Below, in pieces: positions 1 to 13,411 of a DNA stretch of 64,000 bases; position 1 is the first letter of the stretch; every line of letters starts with the position of its first letter. Below the pieces are notes generated by a model. It did no database searches and was not told the origin of the DNA. It worked only from the letters and a program-made list of their open reading frames with translations. Where the stretch lies: NCBI GenBank assembly GCA_965649825.1, contig OZ287719.1, positions 62,001 through 126,000 on the forward strand, written 5' to 3'. Origin of the DNA: Penicillus capitatus (lineage: Eukaryota > Plantae > Chlorophyta). The position numbers and the translations under genes are program-made.

Positions 1-786
1 AACAACGTCAGCTTCAGGGCAGCTTCTTATTAGAAAGCAAAAGAGTGAGATTCGACGCTTGCCTGTTCGTGCTCCGTTTCGAGAAAGGCCCCGGCGGAGC
101 AGACGATGAGGGTCAGCACCGAGAAACACAGCACGAGGACTTTGCGCTGAATGAGCGAGTCCGTTCGGGTCATCAGCCGATGGACCCTCAGAATTCGAAG
201 CAGGCGAAGGAGTCGGGCACATCGAAGGAAACCAAAATCGACAAGGGCTGCTCGTCGCAGGGACAGTTCGAGAAAAGGCGGCAGGATGGTGAGCTGATCG
301 ACGGCGCTCTCCCAGGTGAAGAAGTGCCGCCAGCGGTCTTCAGCAACGAACAGACGCAGCGCGAATTCAGCCGTAAAGAACCCACTGCACGCGAGCTCCA
401 CGATCCGCGTCGCGATCCCGAGATCCTGCCGCCATACACCAGCCGCCTTTGCGTCGGGGTCGAGGAGGGAGGGATAGGTCAACGAGGTAGGTCTCGAGGA
501 TGTAGAGGAGGACGGCGAGGATGGAAAGAAAGGCCGAGGCGAAATCGAGCACGCATCCCCAGACGCTGTTCAGCAGACATCTCTTGAGCTGTTTGCTCCA
601 AGGCACCGTCAAGTAAATGCGTCTCAGCAGCTTCGCGTGTTGTCTAGAAGGGCGCCGCAGCGTGGGCGCGGTTTCCGTCTGGCGTCGTGCCTGAGATGCC
701 GTCGTCTGAGTCGGATAGCGTCGTGTGGTGGCGAAGGGCCGAGATCTGGAGGAGGTTCCATGTGACGATCGATCTGGTTCGATCAT
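1..786 (-). CDS. Voltage-sensor/BK(Slo)-type potassium channel, N-terminal part (continues off the left edge); spliced
   Basis: ORF 367..786 ends in an S1-like helix (FASAFLSILAVLLYILETYL). A 58-nt GT..AG intron joins it to ORF 30..482, which has S2-S5 features (FFTAEFALRLFVAEDRWRHFF; S4 FLRCARLLRLLRILR). Confidence 0.8.
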
Positions 787-816
787 GGAAAAGACGAAAA
801 AGCGCTTACCGACGTC

Positions 817-898
817 GATGCGATGGCCGAGTGGTCTAAGGCGCTGGATTTAGGCTCCAGTCCTTTCGAGGGCGTGGGTTCAAATCCCACTCGCATCA
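817..898 (+). tRNA. tRNA-Leu (anticodon TAG)
   Basis: Acceptor stem GATGCGA/TCGCATC, D-arm TGGCCGAGTGGTCTAAGGCG, anticodon arm CTGGA-TTTAGGC-TCCAG, long variable arm, T-arm GTGGG-TTCAAAT-CCCAC. Confidence 0.95.
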
Positions 899-1609
899 TC
901 ATCTTTTGTGTAAGAGAGGAGGAGACTTCGAGCTAGCAAGCAAGCGATCGAGTTGTGGTTATGGCTGTTGTTGTTGTTGACTTCAACAGATTTCATGTGT
1001 AACTTGAACACACAGCGCACCTTCAGAGGTGTCAACGAGTCATTCCCGGGACCCGCCCCGCTTTCCTTCCCCATGAGAGAGTCCAGAGAATCGAAAACTA
1101 TGAACAACAACAACAACACAGTGCATGACATGTTAAAGGATGTACGTCGTGTGCTTATCGTGATGTAAAGAGAGATTAAATCGCGCTATCTTTATTGTTG
1201 TGTTGCGCCGTGTGTTTGTGCATGCATCACAAAAAACAGAGTCAGATTTTCCACATGTTCACCACACAACGTCATGGCAGGAGGGGAGAGTGTTTTCGTG
1301 GGCAGTAAGTACAGAAGGCGAAGGAATTTCAGTGAAATGACGTCAGGGAAAGGAACCGCCTGACCTTCCATCTTTTCCTAACAAACGTAACGCAGCTGCT
1401 GCCTGATCGTTCCCCAATGAGGCTTGAAGGAGACCTTCCACTAAAATGAGCTTCGTCTATGCTCAAGCGCGTGCTCTATGTGCAATCCCGTGCCTAGCTG
1501 AAAGACTGGTACATTGGATGAATAGAAAACACCCAAGGATGGATATATAAAAGTCGTGCCGCGAAAAATTGTACAGATCTGTCACCAGTTCATGATGCTT
1601 CAAAGCAGC

Positions 1610-4033
1610 TTATTGCTTGAATGCTGCAAATTCGGCTGGCGTTGTCGGAGGATCTCGTTGGGATGTCGCTCCGTCCAGAGAACGTGTCGTTTGAAGGGAG
1701 GTTATTGCTTCATCTGTGTGCGAAGGCTCGTTGCCATCCAGGCTCAGATGCAACGATCGGTAGCTGTCCAAAAAGACAGGAGCATGAACCGTCGTTGTCG
1801 CCTGGGCAGGATTCACTCTCAAACTGCTGAACTTCTTTGGCACGAGACGAAGACTCTTCTTCTTTTCGGCTACTGGAACGGAGTCCTGATGACTGAAGAA
1901 CGAGGATCGCGTCTGGCTGTCGCCCAGGGGATGCGACGATGTTCTCGCTCCTCCTTGCAAGCCTTCTTCCTTCTCATACTTCTGCAGCATGAGCGACAGT
2001 CTGTCAATAATGTCTGGAAAGATCGGCCGTTTCATGTGCTCCTGACACCAGCACGACTCGATCAGTGCCACAAAATCTGGTGGAATGTTTGCGGGGAACG
2101 CAGGACGGGCGCCGTTGTTCACCACAGCCAAGATGATCTCGCCTTGATTCTTACCTACAGCATCCACCCACCATTACCATCTCACTCTTTTCTCACACAT
2201 TTCTGCGCGTACCATGATGCGCCTTGCGCCCCGCTAAGACTTCCCACAAGAGTATGGCAAAGGAATAGACATCTGCTGCAGAGGTCAATACACCACCCCT
2301 GAGCAACTCAGGAGGCATATGAGTGACCGTTCCGCATGTGAACGTTTCAATGTGTGAGTCTTCGGCCAAGAATCGGCTCAGGCCAAAATCACCAACCTTG
2401 CAAATGAAGCCTCGTGGATCGGAGCCATCTCCTTTCAACAATACATTTCCCGTTTTCAGATCTCCATGAATGATACGGACAGAATGCAAGTAGTTCATGG
2501 CGCTTGCAATCTCCAAAGCTGTTTTCGCAACAAAAGACATTCTAAAACGATCCTGTCTGTCCGGCGTTCGAAAAATCCCCGAGGCCACAGCATCGGCCAA
2601 AGACCCCCTACACCACAGCCGCCGCCACCGCCTGTCACATCACGCCCATCGCATACAGGCATCGCGCACCGATCACAGTATTCGAGGATGAGCCATGTTT
2701 CGAATGTTCCTTCCTGTCGTGGTCCCTCTTCGTCATCATCGAACGATCCAAACATATCTTCGCTGCTGCAGGATCCAGAATGATGAGAGTCATTTGTTTT
2801 CTTCTTCTTTTCGGTGGAAGCGCCGAAGAAACGCGTGGGACTTTCGACAGATGCAGCCATTTTCTTGCTGATTTGATACGTCTGGACGACATTGGGATGC
2901 GAGATGTGTCTGGCGAAGAACGCCTCTAACGGGCCACCCACATTGGTCCGTAAGCACTGGTCATTATGCTTAATCACTTTCACGGCGACCGTCGTTCCTT
3001 GCCAGCATCCACGATACACGCGACCAAACTCCCCATGTCCCAGAGGCGCTTCCAACGCCACATCTGAATCCAGAATAGCCCAGTTTTCTGGCGTCGAACT
3101 CGTTTTATTGAGCACATCGGCTTGTTCAGTGGGATCGTCGCCGTAATATGATCCCTTCTCTTCATCGCCCGCCTCCAGTCTCCATGCATCTTGCCGGCGA
3201 CTGATCCATGCGATCCCGCCCCATACAGCCACCGAGAGAGACAGCGTCCCGCAGACCACGACCAAAATATAGATCACCATGTGTCCTGGACCATCTGACT
3301 CTTCTTCGAATACTGCTGGCGGCGGCATATGTCGATGATTCTCTTCCTTGTCTACTGCCATTCGATAGTAGCCCATCAGTTCCGGATCTTTACGATTGGT
3401 ATTGCAGGTGAAGACGCTATGACAGAGACGCCACACCGCATGACGCTCTTCCCAATGCAGGACAACATCGTGCGCTTGAACCGTATGATCATCCAGTTGT
3501 TCACTCCATTGCTGTCCGGGATGGGACGCAGGACGTTCGAGGTCCTGAAAATGTGTGACATTGAGATGCCAGGGACAGGACAAGACGCCAACAACGACAA
3601 AATTAAAAAAAGCCGTCGCATTTTCGGCCGTTTTGAAGAAAACGATATCGATATTGCCAATGCCCATGTCCTGCTGGATGAAGATGAGGTTTTCGAATTT
3701 GACGGTGCTTCCAGAACCGGCGACAACTTTTTTGCTCGAAGTCCCCCAGTCGATATGCGGGAGCACGCCATGGCGCTCGCGACCTCGGATGTTGACATCG
3801 CGGTGGATGGTGATGGTTTGATTCCAATTAGTGGTGTCGCAGGGAAACGAACGCACAATCTCGATATCCTTTACTTCCGGCGCCTCGAGAGCCGAGCGCA
3901 GTTTGGTACAGCTGGAAACGACGCGACGATGCGACTGGAGGCCTTCCGTCATCGACAGAGAACCGACGCAGCATAACAGAAAGCAACGTAGAACGAAGGA
4001 CGCATGGACTCGCCTTAGTCGTAGCACAGACAT
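1610..4033 (-). CDS. Receptor-like TKL/MAP3K-type protein kinase (signal peptide, ectodomain, one TM, kinase); spliced
   Basis: N-terminal hydrophobic stretch; TM VIYILVVVCGTLSLSVAVWGGIAW; G-loop LGHGEFGRVY; VAVK; HGDLKTGNVLL; DFG; CGTVTHMPPE; DVYSFAILLWE across ORFs 2495..4096, 2193..2600 and 1610..2167. Confidence 0.88.
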
Positions 4034-4459
4034 AGGACTTCTCACATAACGCTCTTCTCGCGGTCGAACGGTATTCGAGGAGAGGGACGTGCGCAAAAGG
4101 AATCACGGAAGGATGAAGAGGACGCGAAAAAAGCAGAGGAAGCGTTTTCACACGAAAAGAAGGCGTGGTCGGTGAGTGGACCGTCGCGAGGCAGTTGGTG
4201 GGAGGGTCACTTTCGAACCAAGCCTCCGCTAAGTCGTACGAATTCGCAGCGTTCCATGCAACGGATCGTCATCCGGACCCGACGACGGTCACGATGCGAC
4301 GATGCTCAGCGAACTGATGAGGCCGTGGCCGACGAAGACGATAGGGATCGGCAACGTCTGCCTCGACGACGCGCTCAGACGTGGTCGTCGTTAACCGTCA
4401 CGGCAGTGCAGAAGACGCCACGTCGACGGGGACGTGAGCGGGAAGGGGAAAAGCGCAGG

Positions 4460-5506
4460 ATGCCGGTGATGACGCTGGCAACGGCGGAGGAAAAGCGAAA
4501 GGACGTGCGTCCCTGGAGGGTATTGGTCGGAAACCTTGCTGCCGGTGCCGTGGCTGGCTGCACTGTTGAAGCCGGTACCGATCACACTTCACACTTTGCA
4601 CTGTTCTGTACGCCGTCTGTACTTTAGCCCTCTATCCCGTCGACACGATCAAGACGCGGTTACAGATGATGCGTTCGGGTGGCGGTCTGCGTGCGCTCTT
4701 TCGCAGCGGTGGATCAGGGAAGCTCTATTCAGGGATCTGGGGAAATCTGGCAGGCGTCGGTCCAGCGACGGCGCTGTTCTTTGGCGTTTACGAACCCGTC
4801 AAGGCCGAAGCGTCCAAGATCATTGGGGTCGATGCGGCACCGTTGATCGCCGGCGGCATCGCTGGCGTCGCGTCGTCCATCATTCGCGTGCCGACCGAAG
4901 TCGTGAAGCAGCGCATGCAGACGGGTCAGTTCGCCACGGCCCTTGGCGCCGTAAGCATACCACCCTCTATCGATCGATGCGTCAACTGGCGATGGCAGGT
5001 TTCGAAGATTGCGAGGACAGAAGGCCTGCGTGGCTTCTTTGCTGGCTACGATGCGTTTCTCCTCCGAGATCTGCCATTCGACGCGATCGAGTTCGCCACC
5101 TACGAGGCGCTGAAATCGTTCTACTTGGGCATGACGCACCGCCGCCGTCTGAACACAATGGAGGCGGCGGTGACCGGAGCCATCGCTGGAGGCTTTACCG
5201 GTGAGACGTTCGTTCTCGTCTCCGCCGCCATATCGCGATGGCGTTACAGGATTGGTGACGACGCCTTTTGATGTGCTCAAGACACGACTCATGACGCAAG
5301 GCGCAACGAAGCATTACGACAGTCTCTTCCATGCGGTGCGCCGGATCACGGCGGAGGAAGGACCGTCGGCGTTTTTCAAGGGATGGCAGGCACGACTGTT
5401 GTGGATTTCGATCGGCGGCTGCATTTTCTTCACGGCATTGGAACAGGCGCGAAACGTCTTTGTTCCGTCTGTCGTCGAAGAGGAAGCTACGGGGAAGTCG
5501 CATTAA
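4460..5506 (+). CDS. Mitochondrial carrier family protein, S-adenosylmethionine carrier-like; spliced
   Basis: Three Px[DE]xx[KR] carrier repeats (PVDTIKTR, PTEVVKQR, PFDVLKTR) plus GNLAGVGPATALFFGVYE and RDLPFDAIEF, which are typical of SAMC. Confidence 0.88.
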
Positions 5507-5563
5507 GACGACGACGATCGCTGTCGGATTGACCACGTCGTTTGACGAACAACGAACGCCTCG

Positions 5564-6679
5564 ATGGATAGCGCGATATGCGCGGTGACACGTGACGTCT
5601 TGCAATCGACGACGACGACTCCGCTCGTCGCAAAACCGCGTCTAACAGATGCGCTTCTCAAACGACCGCCGTTTCGTTTTCTCCACGATATCGTCTCTGC
5701 CGTGCAGCGGAAGACGGACTTCGCCGTCGGCGTTTTGACCGAAGAGGAAAGCGATGTGCAATGGTTGGGGGAGCGTCGTGAGAGGAAGGTAGCCTATTTG
5801 GAGAAACTCATTGGTGCGGTCGAGGCGGCGGAGGGACGGTCACTCAATATCGACCCGAATAAGATCCTCGCCGGCGTCGAACCGGAGCGCACCAATCTCT
5901 TGTTACAGACGCTCGGTCGCGTGGCCGTCGCCGAAGCAACAGTCGAACAGTTGAACGCAAACCCGTCACCGACCCCATATCCCTTCATGCGTTCTCGGCC
6001 ACCTTCGCGAAGAGGCACACAGGAAAGCCTGGATGTGACCCATGCGGAGCGAGGGAGTCCCGAAGATCACAACGGTCGGTGGATCGACACGGATGATCTG
6101 CCAGAGCATCCTGTCGATGGACGGCAGACGTGGACCGGTTCCTCTCCGTCGTCCGTTACGTCTGGAGACTCGGCCGCGTCGAGCCTCGTTCCAGAGGTAG
6201 ACATCTCGTCACCGCACGAGGGACGTCCGTTGTCATCCGAAGGGGTCCGAATTCGGGAGCTGCGTCGAGAGGAGGTGGCTGTGGTCGAGGAGGCATCTCC
6301 CGGCATCGTGCTTAGAAGGCGGCGGTCGGTCGGGTCGAAGCCAAAGACAGGTGCGGATGTCGTGGATCTGATCGAGACGTTTGGCCGTTTTGGCACATTG
6401 ACGTCGTCGCTGGGACGCGCGGTGCATCATCTCTTCTCGGCGATGGACCCCATGCGAGAAGAACTGGCGTTGTGGCAACGGGAGGCGTCGTTGTGCGCCG
6501 ATCGTCTGCGCGTATCGAACGGGGCGGCCCATCGTGACGATCCGGCCGAGAAAGAAATGCGAGATCTGGATGAAGAGATCGAAAAACGACGAAAGAGTAT
6601 TCGTGCGCTGAAGCATGCCGTTGCGTGCAATGCCGAGACGATCATGAAAATGCTCCAGAGCTTAACAAGCGATTCGTAA
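5564..6679 (+). CDS. IFT54: Intraflagellar transport protein IFT54/TRAF3IP1 (MIP-T3)
   Basis: N-terminal CH domain (KPRLTDALLKRPPFRFLHDIV; ILAGVEPERTNLLLQ) and C-terminal coiled coil (MDPMREELALW...NAETIMKML). Confidence 0.88.
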   Translation: MDSAICAVTRDVLQSTTTTPLVAKPRLTDALLKRPPFRFLHDIVSAVQRKTDFAVGVLTEEESDVQWLGERRERKVAYLEKLIGAVEAAEGRSLNIDPNKILAGVEPERTNLLLQTLGRVAVAEATVEQLNANPSPTPYPFMRSRPPSRRGTQESLDVTHAERGSPEDHNGRWIDTDDLPEHPVDGRQTWTGSSPSSVTSGDSAASSLVPEVDISSPHEGRPLSSEGVRIRELRREEVAVVEEASPGIVLRRRRSVGSKPKTGADVVDLIETFGRFGTLTSSLGRAVHHLFSAMDPMREELALWQREASLCADRLRVSNGAAHRDDPAEKEMRDLDEEIEKRRKSIRALKHAVACNAETIMKMLQSLTSDS

Positions 6680-6709
6680 TGCCGGCCGCCGTCCTCACGC
6701 GTCCCGTCT

Positions 6710-9700
6710 TCAGTTGTCCACGAGCATCGCGTCCGTTGACTCGTCGTCATCGTCATCGTCCTCAGCCGCCGCCGCCGCCGCCGAACCGGATCCTGCCGTG
6801 GAGGAACTTCTCTTTGAAGCGGGGGTTTGCCCATCGGCGTTTTTCTCTTCTGTGGCCGAGGTCATGTCGATCCCCGCTTCGTGGCTAAAGTACTTTCGGA
6901 TGGCGTTCAGAGCATCCTCCAATACCAGCGACAGTCTTTTGCGCGGATTAGATATCTAGGGTCAATCGAAATGTGTGACGCGTACCAAAAGAGTGAAAAA
7001 ATCACTTTGCGGGTAAAGGCGTCCTGTAGACGTATCCTCAGAATCGCTATAGCCTCGGCCGCCTCCGTCTGCGTTGCAAATTTTATCCAACTACATCGAT
7101 CCATCATGAAAGTGTGATGGAAGTGTAACCGTACCTATCGACGACCAACGATCGACCGACGGCTCTGTACTCAGCTTCCGTTCGCTACACAGCACGCTCT
7201 CTCACATCTTGTCATCCCAATACTTTGCGCACCAATGGACCCTTGAAAGGCCGAACGCATTCCTGGACCTCAAGTTGACGCGCGATGAGCGGTAAGGGAT
7301 GCGGCTGGACAGCGGTGGTATCACGGACGTAGATTTGAAAATCGCCCCTCGTGATGTCGGCAAACGCCAGAAGAGGACACATGGGCAACGCGTCGTCCTC
7401 CACGACCGGCGGCTTGAGCGAAGAATTGACCGAGGTGTTCAGCATCCCCACCTTTCGATCTTTCATAAGAATCTTCCCCCTCTTCTTCAGAGAGCCCACA
7501 TTGGGATACAGACCACAAACCTACAGCCCACAGATGGCGGCTCGACCACGGAGAGCAGAAACGTCCTTTACCAGCAGAGCACGAACGAGACCCACATCTT
7601 CGACGTTACGCTGTAACGTGCCGCTATCGATCTGCATTCCTTTGAACTTCAAATCCGACAGGATCTTCTTCCGCAGGCCATCGATCGTGAACATCGCCTC
7701 GAGCGAGAGAAAATGACTGTCACAGAAGTCGCGTTTGGCATGTGCTTGCTGAAAAGACTGAAAGGCATGGATCGTGGCGAGATGGTCACTGGCGCCACCC
7801 CACTGGTCACTCATTTTCGTGCGGACTTTCTTGATCGCGTCATCGGCGTCCGCAAAGAGCACCCATGGTGACCTAGACGCACAGCGCCTGTCAGATTGCT
7901 CTCTTTTTGGCTTCTTTGCCTGTGGGAGATGGCGCAGGTGATGGTGAGAAGGGGATCGAGGCAATCGAATAGGTGGCCGTACAGAATCATCTTGCCCGTT
8001 CTCGGATCCATCGGCAGCGATGCCAGTCTTTTCCCGAGCACCGTCAGCTGCTCATCTTCCGTAAGGGCCCCGATCTCGACCAGCAACGTCACCGCTCGTC
8101 GCACCGCTTCGTCCGATGGCGGATTGGGCGCCTTCTTCATAAACTCCCGAATCGTGAGCTGGTCTTTGTTCCGCTCGAGACAGACCCGTGCCTAAGCGCA
8201 CACTGCGTGAAGCAGAAGCGACCGAGAAGCTGCACCTGGAGACAGATCTCTTCGAGAGGGATCCGACACAGCTCCGGTTCCACAAAGTCGTCCATCTCCT
8301 GCGCCTCGGCTCGCGTGTAGACATGAAACGCCAGTCCTTCTCGACAGCGACCGGCACGACCCGCTCGCTGCACTTCATTCGCCTTCGAGATCCATCTGTT
8401 CTGCAATGTACTAACGCCAGCCGCCGCATCGTACGATTTCTCTTTCATCTTGCCACAGTTGATGACGACCGAGACATCGTTGATGGTGATGGACGTCTCG
8501 GCAATGGGCGTCGATAGGACGATCTTGTGCTTGCCAGGTGGTGCTGGTTGAAAAGCGTTTCTCTGTTCTCTGGGGGCGACGGTGGAATGCAGACAGAGCA
8601 AGACAGCGTTGTCGTTGGTGAAGCCCGCCGCCATGAGCTGCTGACGGAGGGTCACGATTTCTTTCCATCCCGACAGGAAAACGAGAATCGCGCCGTCTGC
8701 CGTGCGCCCTTTCCATTTCTTCTCGTGGCAAATCTTCTGAATCAGCGCGACGAGCAAATCGAAGTCCGGCTCTCCGATCTTTGGCGGCTCATATTCGTCG
8801 ATTGCGTCCGGGGGCAGGCTTTGCTCAAGCATCTTGCCGATCTGTTCAAACCCAAAGAGTGAGAAAGGCGAAAAAGAGTGAGAAAGGCCTTACTGCTTCG
8901 CGATTGTACTCCTTTGCCCACTTAAAACAATCGTGTCCATTGGTCGTGCGGATCGATGGATCGGCGCCAAGTTTGAGAAACCGATCGACAAAAGAGTGAT
9001 ATCCGTGGATCACAGCCACGGACAGCGGCGTCAGTCCCGTCCCTGAATGTTGGAGATTGAGAAAACGGCCTTCATTGTGGTCACCTATACATAACACGCC
9101 GTCTCTCTACGCACGATCCCTCTAACCGTCCTCACGCACAGGCATGGTGCACAAGCTTTTCTATTGATGTGACAGATCCGTCGAGAAACGCCTCTTCGAT
9201 ACAGGACTCCACAAGAGCTCTCTCTTCCTGCGATGCCTGCAACGCAAGTGATCGAGGGATCGTGTGCTGAGAGGGATCGGACTCGTGGTTGTTGCGTGCA
9301 TTTGTCGGTCGGGCTGGCGTTGCGCAGTCCCCTCAGGATGTCATCCAGATAGTAGTTCTCCACGGGATACGTGCGTCCTTCGACGTGCAAGGAAGGACAG
9401 TTGCCAAAGTACTCCACAAAGAGCTCCTTGTGCAACGTCGCCGACATCAGAATCACTTTGAGATCGGGATGCCTCGGCAGCAGATCGCGCAAAACGACGA
9501 GCAGGAAATCGGAGTTGTGATCGCGTTCGTGCACTTCGTCGATGATCAGATGCGTCCATTCGCCCTGAAACGCCGACTAGATCGACAAACCACAGAAAAA
9601 GAGTGAGAAAATGAGTGAGTGCTGTCTCACACATTTGTCAGATCTTTGAGCATGATGCCCGTCGTGGCGTAGATCAGCGCCGTATTGGGGCCGCACACTC

Positions 9701-10726
9701 TGTCCAGCATCACACGGTATCCCACGGTCTTGCCCAGGGACTCGCCCCTTTCCTCTGCCACTCTTGCGGCCACCATCGTCGCGGCGATGCGTCTCGGCTG
9801 CGTGCACAGAATTCGGCACGGCTTGTTTCTCGACCAGGCCTCGTCCAACAGAAACTGCGGCACCTGTGTCGTCTTACCGCACCCTGTATCGCCAGAAATC
9901 AACAAAACTTGATTCGCTGCCACAGCCTTGATGATGGCATCTCTGATCACACCATCAGGACGGACAGTCCAGGCAGACGGCCTTGTTACTTGTATTTTGC
10001 CACGGGTAACGAGGAACGCTGTTTCTCCATTTCTCTGCCTTTGGTCGAGCGGTAGTGCACCATACGTTTCCAGAGCAGCTCGATGCCTTTGCTGGATGTG
10101 TTTAGTATAGCGACGTCGCTGAACCGTCGATGACGCACGACCTCTTCGGTTTCTCGGTATTCTGCCCATCCAGGTATTTCCATCTTCACATCGGGCTCCT
10201 GTATCAATCCCGCCCGAATCTTCTCCGCTTCACTCGGCGGATGTCTCTGATCATATGTCACTCTTTCTCACTCTATATTGTTATGAATCGCACACTTTGA
10301 GATGGTTTTTCAAAAGAGTGAGAGAAGCGTCGCTGATTGGTAATTGGTAGAGATTTTCTTGAGGTTGATCGCCGCGTTTGGCCTTCTTGTTTTTGGTAAC
10401 GGACAACGCTCGGTTATCACCCGTCCTGTCACATCAGTCGCATCATCTCACACATTCTGATGGCATTGGATCTTACCCGTCACTCTTGGATACGAGACCA
10501 TAACGCGCACAGAGTTTGTGCAGCTCCAATCGATCAGTATTCGACAACGACGACGGAAACTTCAGCGCTGTCGCAAAAGAGTGAACTCCACAAAAGAGTG
10601 AGAAGATCAGAAAGTACTGTCTTTGGAGGATGAACGAAACTCGATCAGCTGCTGCTCCCACTTACGCAGCAGAAGCTTCTTCTCTTTTTCGGCGCCGTCC
10701 ATCTTGCGCTTGCGCTCGAGCGGCAT
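6710..10726 (-). CDS. DExH-box RNA helicase with R3H and ankyrin insert (YTHDC2/DExH6-like); multi-exon, start uncertain
   Basis: R3H-like LSNTDRLELHKLC; Walker A GDTGCGKTTQVPQF; TQPRRIAA; DEVHERD; MSAT; IAETSITINDV; QRAGRAGR; HA2 LASLPMDPRTGKM; ankyrin insert GLTPLSVAV. Confidence 0.88.
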
Positions 10727-10883
10727 AGAAGGGGCCTTGGCGGCAGAAACCTTCTGCGCAGGACGATGCAGATATCTCCCAGAATCGAGCCAGCCGGGCA
10801 GAGGTACACGCTTACGAGCGAGGATCCGTCTCAGGCCAAACCACATCGATAAAACGACATCATTAAACACAAAATGATACTCA

Positions 10884-13339
10884 TTAAACCGTTAATGATC
10901 GATAGAGCGCATCAATCTCTGGCTGAAATCTTTCTTTGGCTTGATGCCTCTTGAGCTTAAACGTCGGCGTCAGGAGATCGTTGTCCACAGTGAAGGGCTC
11001 GGAGATGAGGCAGATGGCCCGAACCTGCTCAAAGCTGGCAAGCCCTGCAATGCGTCCCTCTCCTTGCATCCCATCCAGCACGGTCGCCAGGACATCGCGA
11101 TCCTCACACAATTTGGGCAGCGTTTTCTTGATCCCCTGATGTTTGGCCCAGGGGAAGAGCACGTCGGTATCTGGCACGACAACGCCGACGAGCTGGTGTT
11201 TCAAACTGTCGCCGTAGACGAAGACTTGAGCCACGAAAGGACATCTGTATATCTCACTCTTTATTGATGTGACGTAAAGTGTGACCATAACCTCGTATAG
11301 ATGTTCTCGATTTTCTCCGGAGCGATGTACTCTCCCTGGGCTAGTTTGAAGAGATTCTTGCGCCGGTCGATGATTTTGAGGCGACCTTTCGGCAACCAAC
11401 ACCCGACATCGCCAGTATGAAACCATCCAGCGGCATCAATGACTTCCGCCGTCTGGGCATCGTCTTTGTGATAGCCTGTAAAGAGCAGAGGACCTCGCAC
11501 ACAAACCTCCCCGCTGCATGCACACAATATTCAAGGCTCGAGTGGCAACGTGAAGGAACCGTGGATAGGGCTCGTCTGTGGTGAAGTAGTTCATCTCGGG
11601 GATATCGACGAGCTTGATTTCGCAGCAAGGCACAGGCGATCCCACGTGGCCCGAGGTCATGTCAGCGAAGTTTGTGAGTGAGATCGTGCAGGACGTCTCT
11701 GTCATACCGTAGCCTTCCATCACCCGTGCGCCGAAACAGATTCTGAGGAAATCGAAGACCTCTGCCGAGATCGGCGATGCCCCTGCGTCATTCTTTCATG
11801 ATGTGACAGGTGTGCGGTGATGTGACGTCCACCTGTGATGAGGTACTCCACTTTGCCACCGAGCTTCTCTTTGAGCTTGGAGAAGACGAGACGGTCATAG
11901 AGGAATCCCAGTCGAGCTTGTGAGATGTCTCCCTTCTCAAGCGCCGCCTTCTTCGACGCGTAGGCTGCTGCAAAGAGCTGCCGAGTGACGATGTCACTCT
12001 CTTTGATCCCACTCATCACCTAATCACACTCTTTGCGCTCAGTTTTCTCCATCGTGTCCCACTTTGTCATAGATTCGGTTGAAAAGACGAGGGACGGAGC
12101 TGAACAGAGTGGGCTTCAGTTCAGCAATGTCATCCAATATTGTCAGAATATCACCGTGATAGAATCCGTACTCCGTCCCCAGGTACATCGCCACCGTGAG
12201 ATTGATCCGTTCGTAGATATGTGCCAGTGGTAGATAAGAGAGAGTCCGATGTCCGGGGACCAGATCCGGAATGAGCGTCACGTTTCCAGCAGCATTGGCA
12301 ACAAGACCTCGATGTGTCATCCTTGCTCCTTTGGGCACTCCTGTCGTGCCACTCGTGTAGCAAATCATCGCCAGATTCTCAGGATCTGGCGGAATGTGCG
12401 GCTTGATGTTCTGTGCGCCCAGTGCTGCCAGTTGGCGCAATGTCATGATTTGACAGGTCGATTGCAAAGGAGCCGTCGGAAGCATGTCTTCCTCTAGACC
12501 CCAAACAATGACGGCCTTGATGGTGTGACAGTTGGATATGGCGTTGAGCATGGTCTTGAGCACAGCGGCGCTGCAGCCGACCGCTTCCGTTTCGGAGTGG
12601 TTACAGATGAAGGTCGCGATATCGGGGCCCAGCGTGTCATACAGAGGGACGGTCGTCATCGAATAGGCATGGCAGGCGGCATCAAGCAGCACCCACTCTG
12701 TATGTTACTCTTTTGAAAATGAGAAGTGTGAGAAAGCGCAGGAACCTTCGCAGTTGATCGAAAAGACGCCGACAGTGGATCCTGCCTTCAGACCCAGATG
12801 CAGCAAACCTGATCCGATTTCTGTCCGTATCGACGCTGCCTGAAACGCACGGTGGTCAGTCACTCTTTGAATGCCACTCGGGTCACACTTTTGCGTAAGG
12901 AATCCACATGTAAGGACCGTAGCTCCCATCCGATCGCTTCTTACGTGTCCCCAAGAATGAAGCCTATTATCCTTGCATCCGTTTCTCACTCTTTTGAGCG
13001 TGATCGACAGTACTTTGCCAAATTGTCTCACACTACGCTCAAGAACATCATAGAGCGTCCGGATCTCTTCGTCTGGTGGAGGAAAACGCGAAATGAGCTT
13101 CTCTGGCGACATAGCCGATCTACACGTCCCTTTCACATTGTGTGCAAAACGTATGCGATAGCAAACCGGACGACATTCCACGGAGCGTCGCTCCTCAAAT
13201 CTTCCGGCAAGAAAACACCATGATGCCACATCGCAATGAACTGCTCACGCTCCTCCGGTGTCGCATCCCGTCTCTGTGCCTCGCCATCGAGGACGACGTG
13301 GTTCGAGAGCACACCCAAACGACGCACGGCCATTTCCAT
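10884..13339 (-). CDS. Long-chain acyl-CoA synthetase (peroxisomal LACS6/7-like); multi-exon
   Basis: AMP-binding motifs ICYTSGTTGVPKG, GYGMTET, GWFHTGDVG, IIDRRKNLFKLAQGEYIAPEKIE, LLTPTFKLKR. N-terminal PTS2-like nonapeptide RLGVLSNHV. Confidence 0.9.
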
Positions 13340-13411
13340 CGCCACTCGTCAAGATGACGTCACCCCAACGCCACGTCCCTTCGATTATCATTTCGACGAC
13401 ATTGTGTTGCG

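Noticed and set aside
1556-2302. Long ORFs antisense to or overlapping real genes (e.g. 1556..2302+, 3329..3976+, 4536..5204+, 36054..36776+)
   Set aside because: Shadow ORFs of GC-rich coding or repeat sequence, with no recognisable domains.
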